From Octopus sinensis (taxonomy: Eukaryota), in the NCBI RefSeq assembly GCF_006345805.1, contig NC_043012.1:3968001-4032000 (forward strand): a stretch of DNA of 64,000 nucleotides. Reading direction: 5' to 3'. Below the pieces are notes generated by a model. The model saw only the letters and a program-made list of their open reading frames with translations, was not told the origin of the DNA and searched no databases. The first letter of the stretch is position 1, and the number at the start of each line of letters is the position of its first letter. Both the position numbers and the translations under genes were made by a program. Below, piece after piece: positions 38,801 through 47,400 of this stretch.

Positions 38801-39358
38801 TTCACCTTGATCAGACGTAGCTTCCTGTGAGCACTTTTCAGCTTGATCAAATGTAACTTCTTGCGAGCACTTCTCAGCTTGATCAGATGTAGCAGTTTGC
38901 AAGCATTTCGCTTCACTTTCAATGTCCTTACTCTGCAGTTGTTCTTCTCTTACTTCTAATTCCGCTTCTGGTTTGTTTAATGTCAGTACTGGTTGCTCAG
39001 TCTTTTCATCGTTGCTAGCTACTTTAAGGGAATTCTGTACACTGTCTGGAGCTCTGATTAACATTTCCGAAGGTTCCAGTACAGCTGTAAGTTCTTGTGC
39101 ACCATTACCTATTACTACAGTAGCATTACTAGTATAATTTAAGTGACCACTGCTAGCTTCTGCTTGATGTCCTCCTGAATCATCAGGTTTGTCAGGGGTA
39201 TCTCCATTCCAAATGTCTTTGTTTAATGATAAATGTTTTTCCTTCTTATCTATTTGGAAACTACTGCCCTCATGTTCATTCACACTTGCTTGGTCCAGAC
39301 TGTTACTGGCACTGTTTGGCACATGAGCTTCAGGAACTTCAGTGGGTGTTGAGGGCAT
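10491..39358 (-). CDS. FKBP8: FKBP8/FKBP38-like tail-anchored immunophilin (FKBP domain, 3 TPRs, CaM-binding helix, C-terminal TM); 10 coding exons, 1692 nt, 563 aa
   Basis: Exons join in frame through GT-AG introns. Motifs MDILGNGLLTK, FILGDGDVI, KYAYGSQGR, KKERGNYLF, KCFNNLAAAQIK, NVKALFR, ALKLEP, IHQELSKL and WKW plus a hydrophobic tail are collinear with human FKBP8 as recalled. Confidence 0.95.
11507..11949. mobile_element. Fold-back element (~200-bp arms) with a decayed hammerhead core in each arm; Penelope-like
   Basis: Arms are reverse complements. Right arm: CTGAAGA-G-GTCAC...GTGAC-AAAA (11796-11823). Left arm, minus strand: CTGAAGG-G-GTCAC...GTGAT-GAAATATTTC. Confidence 0.7.
12084..12209 (-). 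CDS. FKBP8: FKBP8 coding exon 9 (IIHQELSKLTKK...MCKKMF...DYS)
   Basis: Acceptor TTTCAG, donor TCG|GTAAAT; 126 nt. Confidence 0.92.
12317..13590 (-). mobile_element. 5'-truncated RTE-clade LINE with (GAT)n tail
   Basis: Decayed RT motifs LLYAYDLVL, AARIRIGWLKFRELLPLL, LYDACVRTAMLHGSEAW, RRLCWYGHV; 3' end ...GGAAAACAGACGTTAAATGATGATG. Confidence 0.85.
14733..14952. mobile_element. piggyBac-type TTAA MITE, family A (other copies about 17086-17297, 27903-28124, 54956-55689)
   Basis: TTAA|CCCTTTC...GAAAGGG|TTAA with a shared internal sequence. Confidence 0.8.
15134..15371. mobile_element. Tc1/mariner-type MITE
   Basis: 25-bp TIRs CAGGGTTGGCCAAAAGTCACCTGAC / GTCGGGTGATTTTTGGCCAACCCTG flanked by TA. 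Confidence 0.85.
15435..15653. repeat. Hairpin element (~90-bp arms, ~40-bp loop)
   Basis: 15435-15524 is inverted relative to 15564-15653; the loop contains CTGAGGA...GAAAGTAC. Confidence 0.65.
15907..16560. mobile_element. Fold-back element (~137-bp arms, ~380-bp spacer), possibly Penelope-derived
   Basis: 15907-16044 is the reverse complement of 16424-16560; the arms contain GAAAC(C/T)GGTC. Confidence 0.65.
17569..18680 (-). mobile_element. 5'-truncated CR1/L2-group LINE (RT C-terminal half plus 3'UTR, (TTA)n tail), little decayed
   Basis: ORFs 18308-18703 (GVPQGSVLGPLLF, YADD) and 17657-18220 (RPHLEFASSVWNP, LESVQRRATK); (AAT)n at 17569-17606. Confidence 0.9.
18735..19045 (+). repeat. 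~118-bp tandem repeat, ~2.6 copies
   Basis: cacagagttgaaa at about 18792, 18909 and 19032. Confidence 0.85.
20575..20652 (-). CDS. FKBP8: FKBP8 coding exon 8 (AYAAEGETKEAIAQMKKALKLEPETK)
   Basis: Acceptor TCTTCTAG, donor AAG|GTGAGG; 78 nt. Confidence 0.93.
22626..22715 (-). CDS. FKBP8: FKBP8 coding exon 7 (IERYCEAIKSCEEVLKHDPNNVKALFRMGR)
   Basis: Acceptor TTTTTGTAG, donor AGA|GTAAGT; 90 nt. Confidence 0.93.
22860..23198 (-). mobile_element. tRNA-derived CORE-like SINE (second family)
   Basis: TGGCTCAGTGGTTAGAGC...GTTTGATTCC, then GTGTTCTTGAGCAAGACACTTTATTTCAC. Confidence 0.8.
24620..25208 (-). mobile_element. RTE LINE 3' end
   Basis: WYGHV remnant, then the 3'UTR and (GAT)n tail shared with 12317-12600. 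Confidence 0.8.
25240..25877 (+). mobile_element. RTE 3'UTR-type retroposon with an internal ~60-bp tandem array
   Basis: About five units containing cgtgccggtggcacgtaaaaagcacc; ends ccatgctagcatggaaaacggacgttaaacgatgatgat. Confidence 0.85.
26591..26702 (-). CDS. FKBP8: FKBP8 coding exon 6 (AISIIDQ...KIKCFNNLAAAQIK)
   Basis: Acceptor AAACAG, donor AAG|GTAAAT; 112 nt, phase 2 to 0. Confidence 0.93.
27495..27720 (+). mobile_element. RTE-type 5'UTR-like fragment
   Basis: ctcaataaccctgagagctatgcc...ggacctcccatgctggacaggtcaaagg resembles BovB/Expander-type RTE 5' ends as recalled. Confidence 0.5.
28140..28535 (+). mobile_element. Decayed RTE RT C-terminal fragment
   Basis: RRLHWYGHV and RRRERPKK-like translation; degenerate tail. 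Confidence 0.7.
28769..28843 (-). CDS. FKBP8: FKBP8 coding exon 5 (TPR1: SVKKERGNYLFARNDFHGAINSYI)
   Basis: Acceptor TTTTATAG, donor AA|GTGAGT; 75 nt. Confidence 0.93.
30009..30119 (-). CDS. FKBP8: FKBP8 coding exon 4 (FPDVPSNTAIVYTLELL...ERLLHA)
   Basis: Acceptor TTTTAG, donor GC|GTGAGT; 111 nt, phase 2 to 2. Confidence 0.93.
31151..31238 (-). CDS. FKBP8: FKBP8 coding exon 3 (GWDIAVALME...KYAYGSQG)
   Basis: Acceptor TTTTAG, donor AG|GTAAGT; 88 nt, phase 1 to 2. Confidence 0.93.
31291..31754. mobile_element. Head-to-head palindromic dimer of a tRNA-headed element with a hammerhead-bearing, Penelope-like tail
   Basis: Inverted arms centred on 31511-31512 (ccatatgccc-ac-gggcatatgg). A box TGGCGTAGTGG and B box GGTTCAATTCC on the left arm; hammerhead core in each arm. 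Confidence 0.8.
31654..31699 (+). ncRNA. Minimal type I hammerhead ribozyme motif
   Basis: GACAC-CTGATGA-A-GGCTG(gagggtatat)CAGCT-GAAA-C-GTA-GTGTT: stem I GACAC/GTGTT, stem II, intact core and a GUA cleavage triplet. Confidence 0.7.
31890..32914 (+). mobile_element. Cluster of three RTE-3'-tail retroposons (about 31890-32190, 32236-32521, 32685-32914)
   Basis: Each has aaaagcacc...gaagggcatccagctgtagaaac...ccatg..agcatggaaa..(gat)n. Confidence 0.8.
32545..32658 (-). mobile_element. Truncated Penelope-like fragment with a hammerhead core
   Basis: Minus strand reads TGATGA-A-GAGC(tcc)GCTC-GAAACGTG; truncated at the first core C. Confidence 0.6.
32965..33112 (-). CDS. FKBP8: FKBP8 coding exon 2 (IVKKGDG...FILGDGDVIS)
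   Basis: Acceptor TAATTTAG, donor G|GTAATT; 148 nt, phase 0 to 1. Confidence 0.93.
33905..34122 (-). mobile_element. tRNA-headed SINE joined to the tail of the 1135-type SINE
   Basis: Head GGCGCAATGGCCTAGTGGTTAGGGC...GTTTCGATTCCC; switches to aaggcggtgctccagcatggccgcag at about 33958. Confidence 0.7.
34636..34850 (+). pseudogene. pogo-type transposase N-terminal (Brinker-like HTH) remnant
   Basis: IEFAKKNNNCVASRKFGVEESNVSLLRK resembles the BrkDBD of pogo/POGK transposases as recalled. Confidence 0.55.
35326..35720 (+). mobile_element. RTE 3'-tail retroposon with ~4 tandem units
   Basis: Repeated gtggcac..aaaagcacc units followed by a (GAT)n tail. Confidence 0.8.
36023..36301. mobile_element. 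hAT (Charlie-like) MITE inserted into the head of a tRNA SINE (36000-36600)
   Basis: CAGAGCTGGCCAAC / GTTGGCCAGGCCTG; degenerate TSD ggttaagg / gattaggc; SINE sequence resumes after it. Confidence 0.7.
37200..37572 (-). mobile_element. RTE 3'-tail retroposon with a 3x ~42-bp tandem repeat (37447-37570)
   Basis: Tail on the left; gcctcc..gaggcccaa...gaaaggaact..gccact occurs three times. Confidence 0.75.
38570..39358 (-). CDS. FKBP8: FKBP8 coding exon 1 (263 codons; acidic low-complexity N-terminus ending ...MDILGNGLLTKS)
   Basis: ATG at 39358 follows acceptors at 39378/39377 (TTTTGCAG) and 39366/39365. Donor TCG|GTAAGG at 38569, phase 0. Confidence 0.9.
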
Positions 39359-40199
39359 GATGAACTAAAGAATATTCTGCAAAACATAAGAACAGTACAA
39401 ATTTCAGAAATATGCCAAAATGTATACAGAATATTAAATAACAACAAGAAGTAGTTAATATATGAAACCACCTGAGATTTACTTGTACTAAAATGAATTT
39501 AAACAAGCAACACTCATACAAATTTCATAGTATTTTGAAAATGATACGATTATTGGCATTTTATAGAAAACTATGAAATACAGATGTAAAACAACATTCA
39601 TACAAGCAGAGTCTTTTGCTTCCAGTCTTCCAAGGAAATATGTCCAGCCACTTTGGAAAATATCATCTTGCTTGGAAACAGGTGAGAAATGGTGACAGGA
39701 AAGGCATCAAGCTATAGAAAATCTGCCTAAACATATCCTGTCTGACCCATGCAAACATGGAAAAGCGGACATTAAAACAATGATGAAGATGATGAGATTG
39801 CAGGCTAAAAATGCCATTTTTTAAAATACTTTTTTTTATTGCTTGTTGTAGTTGCAATTGAAATCCATTTTGGTTGTTGCTGTTTAGCCCCACGTTAACC
39901 TTGATAGAACAGAGCTACGATTAAAGTTATTCCAGCTATGACCATACCATCTTTTATTTCAGACAGTATGCATTTAGTGCTGAATTATCTGAGGTGAGTT
40001 TTTCCCCCCCTAAAACAATAGTGTGTGATATGAGGGTGATTCAGTCACTATTTCTAGCAGGGCAAGTAACCACACAGAGACTCCATGCATCAGTTAAAGC
40101 TGCAAGAGTGCACCTTCATTTTTTCCCGTGTGACTGTTCCTCACTCAATTACAAAACCAGAGATTCTCATAAGTGAAAAACGAGAAATTGAGACATTTG

Positions 40200-40620
40200 C
40201 AGCTTTCCTAAAGTATTAGAGAAATAACAAAGTTTCTTGACCTGCCACAAATATCAAACAAATTCCCAACAAGCCAGACCCTTAATGATTTAAAAACGGA
40301 CATTTCTGATAATATAGTCCAGAATAGTGAATAGTCATAGCTGAAATCTCTTTCAGAATATTTCTGCTCAATGTGGACCAACCTCCAGATAAACAATAGC
40401 AACAACATTTTAATTTTATTTATAACCTTCCACTGTCATCAGAAACATCTTCCCTGTCGCATGGGTGATAGGTTTCTAAAATTGGTATTTTTCTTCCGTT
40501 TCATTCGGAATGGTTCATCTATTAATCTTATCTTCTCTGCCAATGTTAATTCTTTCTTTCTTTCTTTATCTTTGTCACAATATTCATTTTTTGCCAGGCA
40601 CACTGAATTCTGAACCTTTA
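40200..40620 (-). pseudogene. Tigger/CENP-B-like transposase remnant
   Basis: RKKELTLAEKIRLI (psq-type HTH start) and FKSLRVWL (FKAS.GWL-like). Confidence 0.5.
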
Positions 40621-40806
40621 GGTAGTCTTTTGAACAACTAGAAAAAGCAGTCAAATCTCCCTCAAATTACACTCTACAATTTAAAGAAAGGGTCCATTTG
40701 ATACAATATTCCTGAAAAAGTGCCAAGATTGTCAGATCTAGAAAGCCTTTGTTCTGAAGAGAAGACCTGGAATGAGTACAAGGGAATTAAAACTCTTAGA
40801 CTTTAA

Positions 40807-41025
40807 CCCTTTAGTGTTCAGATTATTCTATCAAACATAATGCTTATTGATTCCCATTGATTTGAATTGATCATGCATTATCTCATATCTTCAAGATCTT
40901 GATGGTGTAATTACTTAATGTAGAATAACATTGTAGGGTAGATGTGAGGGCCTGAATCTGGTCAGTTTGAACATAAAACAGATTAAATATTTTGGCCGGA
41001 TATGGCCGGTTTAAATACTAAAGGG
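40807..41025. mobile_element. piggyBac-type TTAA MITE, family B (other copies 19300-19520, 55019-55529)
   Basis: TTAA|CCCTTTAG...CTAAAGGG|TTAA. Confidence 0.8.
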
Positions 41026-44000
41026 TTAAAAAAAAAATATTGCACCCCACCCCACCCCCGAGAGAAACTGTTTTCTTTTTCTTTTTAATGGCTTTGACAG
41101 ATAAGGAAGGACAGAAGTTAGTCTTTTTCAGGGATCAGTGACTGGTAGAAGAAACTTATACACACAGTATGCTTGTAACAGGGCAGAATCTGCTAAGAGC
41201 CCCAAGGGCCAGGTGTTGATCTTAAATGAGGTGAAGGATTAAGTGTACAATGCAAGAACAGGAATTCTCCCTCTGTAGGACTTCCATTCAGTTTCCACTG
41301 ACTAAATTTCACTCACAATGCCTTGCTTGACCAGGGGCCATGGTAGAAGACATTCGCACAAAATGCAGTGCAGTGAAATTGAAACCCAAACTACGTAGTT
41401 GCAAAGCAAACACCTTAACTACACGGCTATACTTGTAGCTGTTAATTAGGTCACCTAAATAACAAGACTTATCTTCAAGTAAGAAGCCAAAAGTGGAAAA
41501 AAACAAAACAAAAAAATAAGTCATGTGGATAATATACTAACGTTTAGTAATATGGCTGGTATAGTCTAGTAACTAGACTATCAGCTTATGATGTCTGTTT
41601 TCTTGTTCATTTATTATTTTTTTTCTCAGAACAAGAAATATAATATAACTATATGATTCAGTTTTATGTAGCTCTAAATAATAGTTATTGAATCTTTTTT
41701 GAAAATGCTACCATCAATAATAGACTGGCTTTCTATTCAGGGGTGAAGTAATTTCTCACCAAACATATTAGCACAAATTTCAACAAGTCAATCAAGGAGC
41801 CTCCATGTGATTACTCGAGTCACTAGAGATAGCAGCTAAATGTTCCTCTAATCACACCCTATTCATCATCATCAACATTTAACATCTGTTTTCCATGCTG
41901 GCATGGGCTGGACAGTTTGACAAGAGCTGGCAAGTCAGAAGACTGCACCAAGCTCCAGTCCGCTTTGGTATAGGGGCTACAGCTGGATGCCCTTCCTAAC
42001 ACCAATCACTTTACAGTGTGTGCTTGGTGTTTTTTATATCACACCAACAGCAGTGAAGTTACCAAATGGTTTACAAGACAAGACCCCTCAATATCAATAA
42101 AAATGAATGTACACATTGAATACTGTTTGCAGACAATCTTCACATTGAACTAAGGAAGCTATGCTCACATTGGTTTCCATTTGCTGGTATTATCTGTCAG
42201 TCACAACTCCTAAAAGTATCACATTTTATTTTATAACCCCATCTGGTAACAGCTTGCAAGATTTGATTTTATAATGTACGGCATTGGAACAGAGTCCATG
42301 AGGCATCCTATTCAACATTCTAGCAATCCCACCAATCCACTACCACGGACTGGAAATTTACTTTATGACCTTGAAAGATTGAAAAGGCAAAAAGTGGACT
42401 CAGATTACACAGAGTTAGAATAAATATACAAAACATTGTTATCTAATGCCCTAACAACTCTGCCAATATGCCACCATGTGCTGGGTACAGTGCTTCGGGA
42501 CACAGAAAGCAAAATAAAATCCCTTGAGTATCTGATGAGGCTCTCTTGCTCTCAAAAACGAAAATAACTTCCTCATAAACCCATTTAAATTTTGGACAAC
42601 AACAACAAATCCAAAAGCAGCCTTGATCCACTTAGTCAAATTCCCATTGGTGGCCCTGACCATATGCATAACATAACCGGGAAAACGAATAGGATGATCA
42701 CAGCTACTCAGAACATGAATAAAGAGTTAAATAGTATCAACAACAAAATCCCACCCTATCAAACACTGTGCATGAAGGGGGTATTTATTTTATATCCATG
42801 TGAAATCTCCAAATCAGTTCGACACATATATACTTCAGTAGACTGGTGAGGGTTTGAGATTGTTTGCCAAACACTAAGAACTTCAAGGCAAAGAACATGC
42901 CTCAATGTGGCTGCTCAACTTGCTAAGAGAAAATGGCAGCCAAAACTCCCTCAAACCATGCCCAACCATTTCAAAAACAAGGGAAGAGATGTGTGTATTC
43001 AGGATAATTTATTTATGGATACACTCTGTTTGAAAGAAAAAGAAAGAAATAAGACAAAACAAAAAATGTGTTTTGGTTTAATGCCTTTCCGAAAAAAAAA
43101 AAAGAAAAGAAAGAAATGACACCAGGGTGAAACAGCAACTACATTGTTCATTTTGTTACACTTCAACTTCCTTTTTTAATGTCAACAGAAACATTCACTC
43201 AATGAGCTAGTTACCTGTCTTTCTTAAAAGTTTTTAATCATTTTATCCAGAAAAATACCAATAAACTCTTCAAAATCTGTCTTCAAAACATTAAGTTACC
43301 TATGTTAAATGCAGAGAGCATCAAAATGCTAACTGGAATAAATTATACAGCAAAGAAAAGCAATATTAGCCATTGCTTAATATTACTGTACGCTTTCAGC
43401 AAGTATGGGGAGATAATTTTAGACATGTTTCAGTTTTATTAGACTTACTTTACTGTATTAGCTTATATAGTGTTGAGAGGGTCAATAAATAAATGCACAA
43501 GAATGAATTCTTGTTAATGTAGAAGCATTCAAATATTAAAAAAAAAAAAAAATTATTCTTAAACGTCAATAGTTAAGTGCTAACACATTTAATGCCGGAA
43601 AAGTTAAAACACTTATATGTCTAAAGTTGTTTGTTGTCTTTTAGAGTTAATCGATCAACTTGAGAGCATGATCTACATTAACAACAAAAAATATAAAGTT
43701 TACAAAATTTGAAGCTAAACCAAAGTTGTCGTTTAGCCCCAGATCAACTCTGAGGAAGCTTATGATCAAAGGTTTTCCAAAGATGACCATCTTGTCACAT
43801 TAATACACTGTTGAATGAATCCTTCGTTTTTTTGAAAACGGTATGACGAAATTGAAGGAGATATGGTTGTTATATATGGCATGCAGGGCCCTCTTTTTAA
43901 TATTTAACTCTTGGTCAGCCCTGACTGTGGTCTATGATAAAAGGCATTCCAACCACTACCATCCCATCGATTTTGTATATCCTGGTCAACGTTATCCAAT

Positions 44001-45999
44001 GTCTTTTGTTATTTGAATCAGAAGGATATGATTTTTGAGAGATTTGACAATAAATCTTTTTTAGAAAATCAAGAGACGGAGTAGAAGCTCTCTTGCATTC
44101 ACTTGGTGGTGTAAATAGACGAAAATCGAAATAAAAAAAAAGTTTGCCCAGCGAAAAGACGAGTGGGAAATCTCCCAACTGCAGATTAAATACCGAGGTA
44201 AACAGATAAATAAGATCGTAGATATCATTGATAAGAGAAACTAAAAAGAGGGACATGGTGTTAACCAAGTAAGCTTTATTGCTGCTATCAACAGTTTCAG
44301 CGAATGAAGCGCTAAGATACTTGTCACTATGACCTTTTTAATAGCAAATTTCACAGAATAATTGTATCATGTTACATAGAATCGAGCTAGCGAGGGAGCA
44401 TTTTCTGATCGCATTACTGGTAAAGATAGCAACCAAATTTCCCCCAAATAACACCCTATATTTTCTAATAAACAGGAACATACTGGGCACTATATAGCTG
44501 AGGTATATAAGGAAGGAATGATCACTGCTGGAACGCATTTCATCGTAGATCTGTGCGATCGGGTTTGATCTAAGACATTCCAACCCTGACATCCAGACAT
44601 CAATTCAGATATAGTACATTTAGGACTACATCATCTACGTGTTCGCCTTTTTATAAGAACAGAGGGAGTGATTAGGTGATATCTAGCAGTTATTTAAAGC
44701 AGAAGTTTATTCGTTGGCTCGCAAACAACATGTTTAGAATGGAGTAGCGAGCGTCTTCGAATAAATGTAATCTTTCAAATAGACTTTGCGTAGCTGTTTC
44801 GATTTCCGGTCACACCTACTTCTTTTCATTGTCATTTCTGGAGGAAATGTTGACCCTCAAGTAATACCCTGACATCTAAAGAGAAAACAACCCATTAATA
44901 AACACTGCAGAGGATTAGTAAATGTTTGATATTTGGCTCCGTTTGCTTTAAATGTATGCATGAAATAAAAACTTTATCATATTTTATCGGTACAGTGGTA
45001 TATGAGAGGAATCAATGGTTAAGGGTAAAAGTGAAAGCGCATTTCCATATCCGGCGTGAAGATTTGGTTATTTCCTGGATGTAACTAACTGAATTATATA
45101 GCTATTTATTATACAGGAATAAATCAATAATGAGTCTAATGTAAAATCCTTCTCTTTAGTGAATGAGTAAAGTTTTCTTTCGCCTTTCATTTAATAGTAA
45201 AAAAAAAAAAATCGTATCTTCACAATACTTACTCCTTTCGTAACAGAGTATGATAGTTAATCAACATAAATCTACTTATAATAAAAAAGAATATAGGCGA
45301 GCCAGAATATAATTTATATTTAAATAGTGAAAAATAATTGAAAGAGAAAATAAATAGATATGGAAGAAAATAAATTGTGAATTAAATGAGGCATTGAATT
45401 AAACAATATTATAGGACATGATTTAATAACGTTTTTAAGGAAATAAATCTAAAGAGGGAAACACTAAGTGGATTAATTATGAAGAGGATTTTAATAATGT
45501 AGAAACTAATAAATGAAATGAAAATAGGTTACCAAATGGGGACTAGAACAACTCGACGAATTCTACCAAGGTGACCGTTGTAGATAAAATATAAAAAACA
45601 AAGCAAACGAAAAACACAGTGATGAACCGCACTAATGTTCATAATCTACTGTATGATAATTATGTTTTAGATATAAACAAAATCTACATAATTACAGTTT
45701 TATTCAACGACAAATTAAGTAAAATATGTAGGGTGCGAGGTCAAACATCCAATGAATAAACTAACAACACGGATGATAGCTAATGCAATCTGTTGAATTT
45801 ATAATATACTGGAAATAGTAAGATAGTTATCTCTTTAAAAAATTGTAGTATAATAAGATGTATTTTAACAGAAAGCAATCAAAAATTTATAAAGGATAGG
45901 AAGTAAATATTTATTGATTGGTAATAAAACAGTTTTTTTTTTTTATACATGAAAAAAAAGCCAAGATGAAATCACTGAAGAAATAACATTTTACAGCTG

Positions 46000-47298
46000 C
46001 AAATGGACAGATCAAACAATAAAAACGAATGATTGATAATGTCTACTTTAGAAGAAATAAAGTTAAGCAATGTGAGTGATATCTTGTTACTTACTTCTCT
46101 CCAGTAGCGATAATTTACCGTGTGTATATAAATATATATCTAGCAGGCCGCAGAGATCGAAGTAAGATATACATTAGTGCAAAACGGTGAAAGGGTGAAA
46201 CAGTCGCCCCCGCTTAACCGAATAAATCTTTGGATAATACGAGATTTTCAGATTACTTACTAGGTTTTTATTTAAAAAGAAATTTCAAAAGACATTAAAA
46301 TGGACCAGGAAATACTATTAATCAACGTCATTAAGTAAATTGTCTTGATTACAAAGTAAGTAACATTCAATTCGAAGAATAACATTCCGGAATATTCTTT
46401 CAGATTGTGAATCTATATCATTCAGAAATGCTTGAGGATTATTCGTGATTTCTATTACACTTACCTTGTTTGTAAAGTTAAATATCTTAATTGATTAATG
46501 GATCGGTAAAGTTCATATTTCTATGAGGAGAATATAGTTAATTTTACAAGATTAAAACTCAGCAGGAATAAAATTTCAATAAGGACACTTTCTGACAAGA
46601 GACCGGTTATTTAGCTTCAACAACGGCGCAATCACATCGAAGTAAGTCAATATTTTACTCTATCAACAACACTTGACGAAATCCTGTATCTAAGATCATA
46701 AAGGATTTTAAAATATTTCCTGTATTTTACTGTCATTTCTTTAACAATTAATATTACTGCTTTGTACTATTATAATCTTTTAACGGTTGTTTTCGGTAGG
46801 AAAGTATTTTTTTCAAATACTTTTGTTGGTTTATAGCATTAGTCAGTAATTTAAGAATCACTTTATGAAGTTTTCTTCTGGATTAAATATTTCTAATATT
46901 CCAATTATCACCGCAATTGATTTTTTTTTTTTTTTTTTAATTTTAATAAGTTAACACACGAAGAAAAGATCAAACCCTACCAAACTGTTACGATGCCCAG
47001 CTCGAATACCTGCCGGTCGATGTTTGAAGGAAGAACGCGGAAAGGGGAACCAGGAAGCGTTTAGTTTGAATACTTGCGAAAATAGTAAATCCTGCGAAAG
47101 GTACCCAAGGCACAAATAGCGAAGTTTTTAACCAGACGGTGTGGTAGGCCTACGAACGCTTTCGCAGTTTCGTTCCACATGTAACAGTTTCGCTTTTCGC
47201 CAAAACAATTCCTCTTTTTTCCACTTTCGTTTCTGCCTGTCATCTACATGTTATCTCCACAATGTTTACTTCGCGCTTACCTACTGTAGGCACAGAAC

Positions 47299-47351
<53 letters not shown>

Positions 47352-47400
47352 ATTTAGGAATGGTGGTCATCTTGCCAGTTTAGCCAATTAGTATTACTTA
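46000..47400. promoter_or_regulatory. Candidate shared (bidirectional) promoter / 5'UTR-exon region of FKBP8 and SNRNP35
   Basis: Repeat-poor and CpG-retaining. Minus-strand donors at 46464 (AAG|GTAAGT), 46094 and 47280; plus-strand donors at 46642 and 46356. Both genes have an acceptor just before their ATG, which points to upstream non-coding exons. Confidence 0.45.

Noticed and set aside
38532-39137. Plus-strand Ser-rich ORFs
   Set aside because: Antisense shadows of the FKBP8 exon.
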